Virus record (IMG/VR): IMGVR_UViG_3300042308_001616
Span: 62,001 to 126,000 of that record
Direction: 5' to 3' (one strand)
Length of the DNA stretch: 64,000 nt
The notes beneath the pieces are model-generated. The model was given only the letters and a program-made list of their open reading frames with translations, had not been told where the DNA came from and did no database searches. Numbering within the stretch: position 1 is the first letter of the stretch; every line of letters starts with the position of its first letter. Made by a program: the position numbers and the translations under genes. This document shows positions 28,387 to 38,081 of the stretch, in pieces.

Positions 28387-29331
28387 TTATTTTACATTTA
28401 CCAATGTGTTGCTGCCGTTACCAAGCACGGTCTCAGAGTTGTGACCATCCCATTTCTCAATCTTTTTGTATTCTACAAACAATGGAGTAAGTTTTTGTTG
28501 TGTAAGTTCCATCGCCTTAGCTTTTGCAGATGCGTTGATTACCGTTTCTGCGGAGTCGGCTCTTGCAACAGCAACTTTTCTCTCACCATCTGCGACTGCA
28601 GCGATTGCTTGTTGTTTAGAAGCCTCTGCTTGTTGCACAGATTTAGTTTTAGCGATGATTGCTTCTTGAAGTGCCTCTGGTGGAATGATGTTTGATCTCA
28701 TCTGTGATACTATGAACCACTTAGATAATCTTAAGTTACATTCTGCAACAATTGCAATTTCAAATGCTTGACGGTGTCCGAAGATTGAATCAACCTCCCA
28801 GGTATTAGCAACGTCATTTACTGCACCAACAATCGCGTTCTTTAGCCAACCTTGCTCTACTTCTTTGATAGGCAAACGTAGGTTCACAAACATATCTCCA
28901 ACTGCGGTAGGTTTCAAAGAGTAGTTGAACGAAGGTTTGATGTCGGCCGGGAAACCACCTTTGGTAATTACTTGTTGTTGGTCGAACTCTATGTGCTGCT
29001 GGAACGTAGGAAACTCATATAAGTTCTCTGTCCAGGTGTTGTAAACAACCCAACCTGTTTTGTACTGATACTTAGAAACACCTCTATTGTCCCCAGTAAG
29101 GTTCACTTTAATTCCGACGTGACCCGCATCTACTCTTTCGATAGCGAACGGCTGGATGAATGCGAAGATAAGTAACCCGACACCGGCAACGATACCGATT
29201 GTGACCGACTTCCGACCCTCGGCCTTCTGTGTAGTGTTGTTGTAACCTGCATCTTGTATCGTCCTGATACCTGTGATGATTTTGTAGGCAGCGAAACCTA
29301 AGGCCACTAGTGCCAAAATTGTAGTTATCAT
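28387..29331 (-). CDS. SPFH / band-7 / prohibitin-family membrane protein
   Basis: Two N-terminal TM segments, RVDAGHVGIKVNL, and an AIIAKTKSVQQAE coiled coil. Confidence 0.9.
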   Translation of the reverse strand: MITTILALVALGFAAYKIITGIRTIQDAGYNNTTQKAEGRKSVTIGIVAGVGLLIFAFIQPFAIERVDAGHVGIKVNLTGDNRGVSKYQYKTGWVVYNTWTENLYEFPTFQQHIEFDQQQVITKGGFPADIKPSFNYSLKPTAVGDMFVNLRLPIKEVEQGWLKNAIVGAVNDVANTWEVDSIFGHRQAFEIAIVAECNLRLSKWFIVSQMRSNIIPPEALQEAIIAKTKSVQQAEASKQQAIAAVADGERKVAVARADSAETVINASAKAKAMELTQQKLTPLFVEYKKIEKWDGHNSETVLGNGSNTLVNVK

Positions 29332-29526
29332 TTATTTGTTTTTATTGGTTATACGAGTGTAAATATAGTAAATAAAACCGAATGTATATAAAAATATGAA
29401 AATAATTATTACATTTTGTAAAATTGAGTTTACAGGACGACTTATGAAAGTGTCAAGTAGATAACCGGTTAGAGATAACCACAAAAAAATTCCTAATAAA
29501 GGAGTAAGTATTCTAAATAATTTCAT
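29332..29526 (-). CDS. Small two-TM membrane protein
   Basis: 64 aa with two hydrophobic segments, abutting the SPFH gene. Confidence 0.65.
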   Translation of the reverse strand: MKLFRILTPLLGIFLWLSLTGYLLDTFISRPVNSILQNVIIIFIFLYTFGFIYYIYTRITNKNK

Positions 29527-29547
29527 TTGGGTGTTTTTAGAAAAAAA

Positions 29548-29787
29548 CTAATTCGTTGTTTCAAACTCGAAGACAAAATCTCTTCCTTCGGACCACCAAA
29601 TACAGTCACCTACGTTGGCAATTGCCTCAAAGAAATTTATTAGGTCGTCTATTAAAATATTACCTGGTGTGAAGAAAAGTCTTTCTACTTTTCCTACTTT
29701 GTCTATTCTACACTCAAACTCTGCGGCAATTGACTCGAGTGTTTGATTTTCATTACTTTCATAGAACGTTTTGTATTTCTTTATCAT
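29548..29787 (-). CDS. Small protein with CTS-like N-terminus
   Basis: Begins MIKKYKTFYES. Confidence 0.7.
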   Translation of the reverse strand: MIKKYKTFYESNENQTLESIAAEFECRIDKVGKVERLFFTPGNILIDDLINFFEAIANVGDCIWWSEGRDFVFEFETTN

Positions 29788-30800
29788 AATCCAACAATAA
29801 TATATCCGTTTTCAACATTAACCGTGTCGATGTCGGTGAGTATATCTTTAAGTTTGTTGATTTCCCTTATTGTATCAGGAATAGGCCATCCCTCCACATC
29901 AAAATATACATCGAAAGTATTATTCAACTGGTAGCCTGCATAAGAACGTAATCTCTTCATTCGGTCGAGTACTTTTTTATGTTTTGCGGCCACTACTTCT
30001 TCTACATCTTCATCTTTAGATATAATTCGTGATGTAGGTAAAGACTCCCAATCAACATTTGTACTAGCACGGCAAAGTCTATCGAGATAAGATATGTTTT
30101 GTCTTTCCTTTCCTGTGTGTTCGTCGAAATAACCTACAGATACATTAGTACATTCTGGTATATCATTCATAAGCATTGCAGAGTCAGTAAATATACCTGT
30201 GGAATCTGGAGACATTTTAAGTCCGTTTTTACCGAACTCCGCACAAAGTGTCTTCGCAAATTCACTACTACAACAATTTCTACCTAATTGGTGTGTTATA
30301 ATTGAGTGGTAATTTCTACGGTCAAAAGAAACACATCTTTTTATTCCTATAAGTTGTTCTTCGTTTGCGAAATCCATCGCAAGTGCTTTGGAACCAATTC
30401 CACCTCTTTCTTCACCGATAAAGAAGTAATATAATCCAGGAACATTGTTGGCCATCATATAAAGCATAACGGTAACACCTGCTTTATCGTCTGCGCCTAA
30501 TATTGTCTTTCCATCGGTACATATAAACTCATCTTCACCCTCTGTATAAGTAAACCTAACGGTATCATTCTGTCTGTGATCAACGGTATCGAGGTGTGAT
30601 GTAAACATAGTTGATGATCCACCACCTACTACTTTATAATAGTTGCCGTGAGCATCTTGGTCTAATTCTGGTAGATATTTAAGTACCTCTTCTTCGTTTC
30701 CGTGTGGGTATGTTTTTGATGTGAGTGAAAGAAATGTGTTTTTTGGGTCTTTCGGGTCCATCTTACCCTCTTTGAAGTCTATTTTTTTCTTATCCATCAT
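29784..30800 (-). CDS. M28/M20-like zinc peptidase
   Basis: TSHLDTV, LGADDKAGV, GEERGGIGS, SFDRR, NVSVGYFDEH metal ligands. Confidence 0.85.
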   Translation of the reverse strand: MMDKKKIDFKEGKMDPKDPKNTFLSLTSKTYPHGNEEEVLKYLPELDQDAHGNYYKVVGGGSSTMFTSHLDTVDHRQNDTVRFTYTEGEDEFICTDGKTILGADDKAGVTVMLYMMANNVPGLYYFFIGEERGGIGSKALAMDFANEEQLIGIKRCVSFDRRNYHSIITHQLGRNCCSSEFAKTLCAEFGKNGLKMSPDSTGIFTDSAMLMNDIPECTNVSVGYFDEHTGKERQNISYLDRLCRASTNVDWESLPTSRIISKDEDVEEVVAAKHKKVLDRMKRLRSYAGYQLNNTFDVYFDVEGWPIPDTIREINKLKDILTDIDTVNVENGYIIVGL

Positions 30801-31294
30801 ACTATTCTTACGTTACCTACTGTGAAAATAACATATTTTCTGTTTATATCGTCAATTATTATTTTATTTTCTCTGACTTTACTAAATTCTTTATTACAAT
30901 AGACCATTTTAGTGGTCTCTTCGTTCTTACAAAATTTAAGCTTTAGTAGTTTGGCGGCTTGTATAACAACTTCATCCGGTATTATATTATCACCATTTGT
31001 CTTTATTATTAGACTTCTTTCCTCACCACCTTCCAATGTTTTCTCTGTACAAATTAGAATATCATTTACACTTGGTGCGTATCCTCCGAGGTCTAACGCG
31101 AACTTTCCGGAGTATAGTTTTGTCATCTTTATACAGGTTTCTGGATCTTCGGACCACCATATATTATAATTTTGTCCGGTGTTGTCGTATATAAGACGGT
31201 GTTTCAGGCTACCATCAAACCGCTTTATATCACTTTTCATTGTGCTTTTCGTTGTGGCTTCTGATAAGAAATCTAAAAAACTATTTATTCTCAT
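30797..31294 (-). CDS. Hypothetical protein with CTS-like N-terminus
   Basis: Start moved to MRINSFLDFLSE, downstream of a TATATA motif. Confidence 0.7.
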   Translation of the reverse strand: MRINSFLDFLSEATTKSTMKSDIKRFDGSLKHRLIYDNTGQNYNIWWSEDPETCIKMTKLYSGKFALDLGGYAPSVNDILICTEKTLEGGEERSLIIKTNGDNIIPDEVVIQAAKLLKLKFCKNEETTKMVYCNKEFSKVRENKIIIDDINRKYVIFTVGNVRIV

Positions 31295-31351
31295 AGTGTA
31301 TATATTGTATATGAAAAACAAATATTTGAAAACACACTCAAATATAATTTA

Positions 31352-33481
31352 TTATATTAACTTTTCAAATTTAATCTTTCCACAATCATAAACTCTAAAA
31401 AGTTTATTTATTTGTGCATATTCTGACTCTGTCAAATATGTTTTCGTTTTAGATTTTTTATATCTGGATTTATGAACCCTATTACCATCAACTATATACT
31501 TATAGTCTGGTAGACTTTCACTCACCTTTTCAAATCCTAATTGATAATAAAGATTACCAACAGACCAATCACGATCCGCATAACTGATAACCCTTTTAGG
31601 TTTAAAGTTTCTAATAAAATAACTAAATAGTTTTGATGCACCACCAATTACCGTAGTATTTATAGAATTACAAAATCTATTGATGTTCCAATCAGATTCT
31701 GACATTTTTTTACGACCTTCGAAATGATCAAATGTCATCAAGCTAACTAATTGATTATTAAAAATCAAACCTAATTTCAAACAACTATTAACCTTACCCT
31801 GAATATGATTTTTTTCTAAAAAAGTCATAGCTGTTTTTGCATCAACTTCTATTATAGAACATTTTCTAGCATAAATAGTATTACTAATTTTATTCAACAT
31901 ATTTGAAATTTGTGACTCAATTATACTCCTTCTCATAACCCAATCATCCTCCCAAATATGAATAATACGTATATCTTTATTCCTAAAAAAATTAGTTTTA
32001 TTTATGTGGTAATTTTTATTCTTATATTCACTACTGTGCCAATAAAGACCATTAAACTCAAATCCAATACCCAGATCAGGAAGATAAATATCTATCTCTA
32101 AATCATCTCTATAACCAGATATTACCTCACCATCATATATCCCAGTTATATAATTAAGTAATTCTTTTTCCATTATAGACTTATTATCCCCAATAGGATA
32201 ACAAATGGTACAAATAGGATTGCCTGAATTGGTTCTTTTTATATAATTGTCAACACCTATTATAAATTTATGGTCTTTACCACAGTCACATATAAATAAA
32301 CTATTCGAGTCAGAAATGTATTGAATATAATTTAAGTCATTTGCAACAATATATTTATTCTTTCTAAATTCTTCAGATTTTTGAATATTATCAATTCCAA
32401 ATTGATTAATATTTGTCAATTTTGTTTTTTCTTTAGACTCATTTGTTTTAGAATAATTATCAACACCATACTTTTCCAGACTCGTATTAACAACTTTATA
32501 TTTAAACAAAGATGACTTAGAATGGTGTTCTACACCATATCTTTCTAAATTGGTATCTTTAGACTTCTTCTTAAAACTATCACTCTGATAATACCAATCA
32601 ACACCATATTTTAGTTTATTAGTTATTTTAGTACGATTATTATACTCATCAGTCTGTGCATAATATTTTACACCATATCTCTCTAAATTAGTCTTTGATG
32701 ATTTATTTCTGAAGTCATCACTCTGATAATAGAATTCTGAACCATATTTTTCTTTATTTGTTTTAGTAACACGATTAAGAAATTCATCCGTCTTTGAATA
32801 ATGATTTACACCATATTTCTCTAAATTAGTATTTAATGTCTTTTCTTTATACTCATCTGTTTGTGTATAATACTCTACACCATATTTCTCTAAATTTGTA
32901 TTTATAGTCTTTTCTTTATACTCATCCGTTTGTGTATAATGTTCTACACCATATTTTTCGAGATTTGTATTTACTCTTTTGTCCTTTACCGAATCTAATT
33001 GTGATATGTGAGAAACTCCATATTTACTATTTATATTGTCGGACCATTTTTTCCTTACCTCCTCATTTTGAAAACTAGACTTATGGCCATATCTTTCTAA
33101 ATTAGTATCCTCAATTTTTTTCTTTACTAAATCACTTTTTGCAACATTAGTAACTCCGTATTTCTCTAAATTTGTTTTAATCCTCTTCTCTTTGGTTGAT
33201 TTGTCAGATTGTGCACATTTAGGAGAACAATAATTTCTATAACCATCTAACCAGTTTTTATTGAATGTAGTAGGATTACCACAACAACATAAAAATTTAT
33301 TATCTATATCATTTACCCAATACCATAACTTTTCTTTAAAAGAAATATCTTCTATATTGGAACAAAAATCGTTTATTGTAGTAACAAGTTCTTCATAATT
33401 TTTCTCAAAAAAAGATTCACGTAATCTTGATGATGAACCATCAAGTATATCTAATATTATTTTTTTCCTTTCTTCTATCAT
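31352..33481 (-). CDS. Hef-like homing endonuclease: Zn module, twelve 23-aa repeats, PD-(D/E)XK domain, GNAT/Mom-like C-domain
   Basis: CCCG..YCSPKC; (TNLEKYGVExYxQTDEYKEK)-type repeats; EIDIYLP..GFEFNGLYWHS; RFC...SYADRDWSVGNLYYQLGF; visibly more AT-rich than flanks. Confidence 0.75.
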   Translation of the reverse strand: MIEERKKIILDILDGSSSRLRESFFEKNYEELVTTINDFCSNIEDISFKEKLWYWVNDIDNKFLCCCGNPTTFNKNWLDGYRNYCSPKCAQSDKSTKEKRIKTNLEKYGVTNVAKSDLVKKKIEDTNLERYGHKSSFQNEEVRKKWSDNINSKYGVSHISQLDSVKDKRVNTNLEKYGVEHYTQTDEYKEKTINTNLEKYGVEYYTQTDEYKEKTLNTNLEKYGVNHYSKTDEFLNRVTKTNKEKYGSEFYYQSDDFRNKSSKTNLERYGVKYYAQTDEYNNRTKITNKLKYGVDWYYQSDSFKKKSKDTNLERYGVEHHSKSSLFKYKVVNTSLEKYGVDNYSKTNESKEKTKLTNINQFGIDNIQKSEEFRKNKYIVANDLNYIQYISDSNSLFICDCGKDHKFIIGVDNYIKRTNSGNPICTICYPIGDNKSIMEKELLNYITGIYDGEVISGYRDDLEIDIYLPDLGIGFEFNGLYWHSSEYKNKNYHINKTNFFRNKDIRIIHIWEDDWVMRRSIIESQISNMLNKISNTIYARKCSIIEVDAKTAMTFLEKNHIQGKVNSCLKLGLIFNNQLVSLMTFDHFEGRKKMSESDWNINRFCNSINTTVIGGASKLFSYFIRNFKPKRVISYADRDWSVGNLYYQLGFEKVSESLPDYKYIVDGNRVHKSRYKKSKTKTYLTESEYAQINKLFRVYDCGKIKFEKLI

Positions 33482-33595
33482 AAAGTATATATAAAGTAAC
33501 ATTTACTCCTTTACTCTTATAAATATATATAATTTTTGTTTTTAGTATATCAATTTTTTGTTCAGAAAACCTGACAGTGTGAAAATTTTATTAAC

Positions 33596-33626
33596 AAAAA
33601 AAGCTATCACAATGGATAGCTTTTTT
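33596..33626 (-). terminator. Terminator after the major capsid gene
   Basis: AAAAAAGCTATC-acaatg-GATAGCTTTTTT. Confidence 0.85.
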
Positions 33627-33644
33627 GTTATTTTATAATTACTA

Positions 33645-35357
33645 TTAGTTAAGGAATTGATTCTCATCAGTAACGTTAATAGTCATAAATTGTTTGTGTG
33701 GGAACCATCCAACCTCGGCAACTGCATACCTAGATCTTAGTAACATTCTTGGTGCAAAAGTTGCTTCAGAAATAACTGAGATAGATTGAGCCATTAAGTA
33801 AGGAACGAAGATGATACCTGGTTGATCAGGGTTATTCTTTCTACCTAAAACGATTCTGTTGTCATTATATCTCATGTATGGATCAACATAGATAGCGATA
33901 TCTCCGATTGAACCTACAGGGTATAATTGACCTTGTCCGTTTAATTTAGACTTCAATGGGTTAATTGTATAACCAGCGATGTCTTGAAGAGCTGCAGCAA
34001 GACCCCCGTTTGTGATAAGGTATTGAGCAGGACCTACACGACCCTCAGTTGCGATGAAGTTAGATGCGTGAGCAATCTTAGTAATCAATTTTCTTTGAAC
34101 TGCGTGAGTAGTTTCACCACCAATATTAGCAGAAGCAGCATAAGTAGTATCTAAATCGAAGATTGTCATACCAGCTGTGTATCCAGCAACGTTAGTGTTA
34201 GCAGCAGGAGCAGAAGCTCTGTTTAATTGTCCCATTTCGAAAATCTTAGCAACGATTTGCTTAGAAATTGTTTGTGACAATTCGTTAACAAGGATAGATT
34301 CCATTTTTTGAACGATATCCATACCTGTGTTAGCTTTGATATCTTCAATCTCAGTTCTTCTAAGTGCAGAAGATACTTCGATAGTACCAACTTGGATAGT
34401 CTTAGATGAAATCTTAGGTCCGATAACACCAGCATAAGAATCATCATCGATATCCCTGTTCATTGGATAATCACCAGACTGAACGTTAGCTGTCCAGTTT
34501 GCAGAGAAACCTGGGATGTGATCTTCTAATGTAGATACTAACTCGATAGTAGGTGTAGCAGTAACAGCTTGAGTACCAATGTTCTTGATTTGCGAAGCCA
34601 TAGACTGAGTAGGGTTGAAAGAGTTTCTAGTTGCGTCGAAAGACCATGCAGTCAAAGCAGAACCAACTGCAGTGTGAGCAGTGTTTGCTTGTCTCCAAGC
34701 TCTGAACATTGGGTAACCATCTACTCTTGAGAATCCTAAGAATTCAAGAACTCCTACTTTACTAGCAGATTCTGCTGGAGCTGTAGTTACGAGTGGGTTA
34801 GAAGAACCGAAACCATTTACGAATAATCTACCACCTTGAAGACCACCTGTAGTATTTGTTGTTCCTGCGGCAAAACCAGCTTCTAATGCAGTTTTGATAT
34901 CAGCTTGGTTAGCTGGAGTTGTAGCCTTAAGTTTGAAAACTTGTGGTCTCTCATCACCAGAACCTAATCTTGTGTCATCATATTGGAAATCGATGTAAAG
35001 TAAATCGATTTTCGGACCTGGAGTTGGTTTAACAGCAACAAGGTCAAGACCAATAGTTTGAGCAGCAATTTTCATAGCTACTGGTAAAAGGTTTTGTCCT
35101 ACGTCTCCAGAACCTGCTACGTTACCAAGTGCATTTGAGTAGTTACCTGGGTTACCCGCAAATGAACCAACTGTAGCATTTGAAACTGGACCCATACCTG
35201 CTACGTTAGAAGCATTTACGTATGCGTTTTCGTTGATTGAGTGAAACTCAGCGTATTCCGCCATCCATTCTACTCTATCACCAATGACACCCATATTCTC
35301 GAGAACTGGTGCCCATTTTTTAGTGGCTTTCGCCTTGTCTATCCTAATGTGTGACAT
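33645..35357 (-). CDS. gp23: Major capsid protein, T4 gp23-like
   Basis: KKWAPVLE, GLDLVAVKP, IYVDPY, IIFVPYLMA, PRMLLRSRYA; downstream of the protease gene. Confidence 0.9.
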   Translation of the reverse strand: MSHIRIDKAKATKKWAPVLENMGVIGDRVEWMAEYAEFHSINENAYVNASNVAGMGPVSNATVGSFAGNPGNYSNALGNVAGSGDVGQNLLPVAMKIAAQTIGLDLVAVKPTPGPKIDLLYIDFQYDDTRLGSGDERPQVFKLKATTPANQADIKTALEAGFAAGTTNTTGGLQGGRLFVNGFGSSNPLVTTAPAESASKVGVLEFLGFSRVDGYPMFRAWRQANTAHTAVGSALTAWSFDATRNSFNPTQSMASQIKNIGTQAVTATPTIELVSTLEDHIPGFSANWTANVQSGDYPMNRDIDDDSYAGVIGPKISSKTIQVGTIEVSSALRRTEIEDIKANTGMDIVQKMESILVNELSQTISKQIVAKIFEMGQLNRASAPAANTNVAGYTAGMTIFDLDTTYAASANIGGETTHAVQRKLITKIAHASNFIATEGRVGPAQYLITNGGLAAALQDIAGYTINPLKSKLNGQGQLYPVGSIGDIAIYVDPYMRYNDNRIVLGRKNNPDQPGIIFVPYLMAQSISVISEATFAPRMLLRSRYAVAEVGWFPHKQFMTINVTDENQFLN

Positions 35358-35443
35358 TTTTTAATTTTTATTTTTTTTTGTGAATAATAATCTATATATT
35401 TATACAATATGCTATTTTTTGAAGCGCCTGGATTTTTTATAGA

Positions 35444-37543
35444 TTAGATGTTTTTGAACCTTTCCATTATTGCAGACATTTCATCGTCAGACAACTTATC
35501 CTCTTGGATGAGTGCTTCGTGAGATACAAGCTTTTTAGTAGTGGATTCGTTCGTTTTGAGGTTTCTGGTTGACCAGAAATGCTCGATTTGAGACTCAGTC
35601 TTCAACATATCAGCTGGATAAAGTCTTGCTTGTGATAGCAAAGATTTTTTACCTGATTCGTTTAATTGACTCCAGATTGACTTAGTGTTTTCTGGCATAA
35701 GTCTTACTATTCTCTCTTCGAGTGTCTCAGTTGTAGTAGAAAGTGCCTCTGAAATGAGTGCAAGAACTTCTTTCTGTGTGAAATAACTTCTTTCGTTTAT
35801 GTGAAGTTTCACAGCTTCTTGCTCCTCGTTAGTGAGTGCGTAGAAACTATCTACTTGTGATTTGGACATAAACTTAAGAAAGTTCAAGTCACTTGTCTCG
35901 GAAACTTTACGTTTTTTAGCTTCTTCGATTAATTTATCAATAGATTCTGATAATTCAGAATCTGAATTTCCTGTAATATTTTCATATAAGTCATCGTGAG
36001 ATTCTTCCTCGTGAGATTCTTCCTCGTGTGCGTTTACTTCTTCAGGTGAAGTTTCAGCAACACCGTTAGGTCCACACTCTTCTTCTTCCACTTCTTCTTC
36101 TTCTTCTTCTTCTTTTTCGTTATCTAATGAAGCAAAGTGATCAGTAAGAACTGGGAAACCATCCTCTGCAGATTCGAAAACTTTTCCACCATTCAATTTC
36201 TCTGTAATTAAACCAGCGTAAGAAATAGTTTTGTCTAAGTTCTCAGCGATGTATTCAGAATAAGCGATGTTATCATCAAGGTGCTCAGCGATGTACTCAG
36301 AGTAAGCGATGTTACCTTCTACGTGCTCAGCTAAGTATTCAGAATAAGCGATTGAATTATCAACGTGCTCAGCGATGTACTCAGAATAAGCGATATTTTT
36401 ATCTAAGTTCTCAGCAATGTACTCAGAATAAGCGATATTTTTATCTAAATTCTCAGCAATGTACTCAGAGTAAGCGATATTTTTATCTAAGTTCTCAGCA
36501 AGGTACTCAGAATAAGAAATGTTTTTATCTAAATTCTCAGCGATATACTCAGAATAAGAAATGTTTTTATCTAAATTCTCAGCAACATACTCAGAATAAG
36601 CGATATTTTTGTCTAAGTTCTCAGCAAGGTACTCAGAATAGTTAACTGCCTTCTCAAGGTTCTCAGCTAAATAATCATTATGCTTGATAAGTTTTTCGGT
36701 AGTCTCTTTTAAAGACTTGTTCTCGTTTACCATAATCTGAACTTTTTCAGCTAAGTAGTCAAGATATTGGACAACTTTAGAGTTATCATTGTTGAGTTGC
36801 TCGTAATACTCAATAAGTTGCTCCAACTTCTTAGGGTCCATATTGCCTTTAGAGATGGCGTTTTTGACTTGCTTCTTAGTGGTAGCGAGCTCTTTGACCA
36901 AGTACTGCGAGTAGTCAGTCAACTGTTGTTTGGTAACGTACTCGTTCCTGTTCATGTTGAATAAATCATTTATTTTTGACTCATCGGACATCTCATATAT
37001 CCTAAAGTTAGATTTCGGGTTATCGAGGCCAAGAGATTCATTTAGAACTTTCACATTCATTTTGGCAGAGGCGAACCCCGGATCAGCCACAATGTCGTAT
37101 GTGAAAAGCTTCTTCAATGAGACCGTGCCATCAGATTCAGTGATACCTGCTGCGCGTGAAGAAACGAAAAGAGGACATCCGTCATCGACGAGTGCCTTAG
37201 CTTCTTTACCCCAATAGGTGCTCAATAGTCTGATTTCGCCCGATACCAGGTTAGATTCCTTAACATACTCAGCTTTAGTGATTATGTGGGAAGCCCTGGA
37301 AAGTGAGGTGTCGAAAACATCCGGGTGGTCGAACTCTCCATAGACTACACCGAGGTTATTCATTCTCTCGTTCATCTCTTGAAGTGCCGGAAGGAATCTG
37401 TTAGCAGTATAAACCCTCTCATTTCTGTTCTTAATATCGAACTCGGTGAAGGTTCCACCTAAAACATAATCCTTGTTACCAGACCCGTTGCTCTCTCTCA
37501 CAAGAGAGTTTGTAGAGTTTTCTACAATCAATACTGGTTTCAT
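35444..37543 (-). CDS. gp21: Prohead protease (gp21-like) fused to scaffold region
   Basis: KNRNERVY, YGEFDHP, ASHII, VSSRAAG, YDIVADPGF catalytic motifs followed by coiled-coil repeats and an acidic tract. Confidence 0.9.
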   Translation of the reverse strand: MKPVLIVENSTNSLVRESNGSGNKDYVLGGTFTEFDIKNRNERVYTANRFLPALQEMNERMNNLGVVYGEFDHPDVFDTSLSRASHIITKAEYVKESNLVSGEIRLLSTYWGKEAKALVDDGCPLFVSSRAAGITESDGTVSLKKLFTYDIVADPGFASAKMNVKVLNESLGLDNPKSNFRIYEMSDESKINDLFNMNRNEYVTKQQLTDYSQYLVKELATTKKQVKNAISKGNMDPKKLEQLIEYYEQLNNDNSKVVQYLDYLAEKVQIMVNENKSLKETTEKLIKHNDYLAENLEKAVNYSEYLAENLDKNIAYSEYVAENLDKNISYSEYIAENLDKNISYSEYLAENLDKNIAYSEYIAENLDKNIAYSEYIAENLDKNIAYSEYIAEHVDNSIAYSEYLAEHVEGNIAYSEYIAEHLDDNIAYSEYIAENLDKTISYAGLITEKLNGGKVFESAEDGFPVLTDHFASLDNEKEEEEEEEVEEEECGPNGVAETSPEEVNAHEEESHEEESHDDLYENITGNSDSELSESIDKLIEEAKKRKVSETSDLNFLKFMSKSQVDSFYALTNEEQEAVKLHINERSYFTQKEVLALISEALSTTTETLEERIVRLMPENTKSIWSQLNESGKKSLLSQARLYPADMLKTESQIEHFWSTRNLKTNESTTKKLVSHEALIQEDKLSDDEMSAIMERFKNI
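36225..36685 (-). repeat. About eleven 42-bp (14-aa) coding repeats, SEY[LIV]AE[NH][LV]DKNI[AS]Y
   Basis: Directly visible tandem repeats in DNA and protein. Confidence 0.95.
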
Positions 37544-37676
37544 GCAATTGCTTATTTTTTGTGCGTTAGAGTATATATAACCGGTTTATCGTCCCCTTTT
37601 GATATACACGGATTTTTTATGGTGAATATTTTTGAACATGTGTAAACCAATTTGATTTAATGAATAAAATAGGCGA

Positions 37677-38081
37677 GTGGATTTTTTACATATGATAATC
37701 ACAAGAGAAATTTCGATAAGAATAACAGAGTCGAACTACCAGTATTACGACGACTTAGGGTATGACACCTCAATTGGTGAGGTAATCGTTATACCGGTGG
37801 AATTATTACCACGTGGATCACATCAAAAGATAAAGTGTGGTTGTGATGGCTGTGGAATAGAAAAAGAGGTTATATTTAAGAACTATTTGAAATATGATAA
37901 CGACTGGGGACAATACTATTGTAGGAAGTGTTCAGAAATCAAAAGAAAAGAAACCCTCAGGAAGAACCATGGAGTTGACTACCCTATACAGAATAAAAAA
38001 ATACTCCAAAAGATGAAACAAACGCTGGTTAAGAGATATGGCGTGGATAACATCGCAAAACGAAAAGAAAAAGATGATTAA
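37677..38081 (+). CDS. CxxC / KYGV-repeat protein, homing-endonuclease N-terminal-like, no nuclease domain
   Basis: CDGC, CRKC, KNHGVDY and KRYGVDN resemble the repeats in 31352..33481. Confidence 0.6.
   Translation: MDFLHMIITREISIRITESNYQYYDDLGYDTSIGEVIVIPVELLPRGSHQKIKCGCDGCGIEKEVIFKNYLKYDNDWGQYYCRKCSEIKRKETLRKNHGVDYPIQNKKILQKMKQTLVKRYGVDNIAKRKEKDD

Noticed and set aside
28096-28695. 199-aa plus-strand ORF and 28308..28490
   Set aside because: Antisense to the tmRNA and SPFH gene; composition not protein-like.
36225-36685. 42-bp tandem repeats that could be mistaken for a CRISPR array
   Set aside because: No unique spacers; repeats are in-frame 14-aa units inside the protease-scaffold gene, and no cas genes are present.
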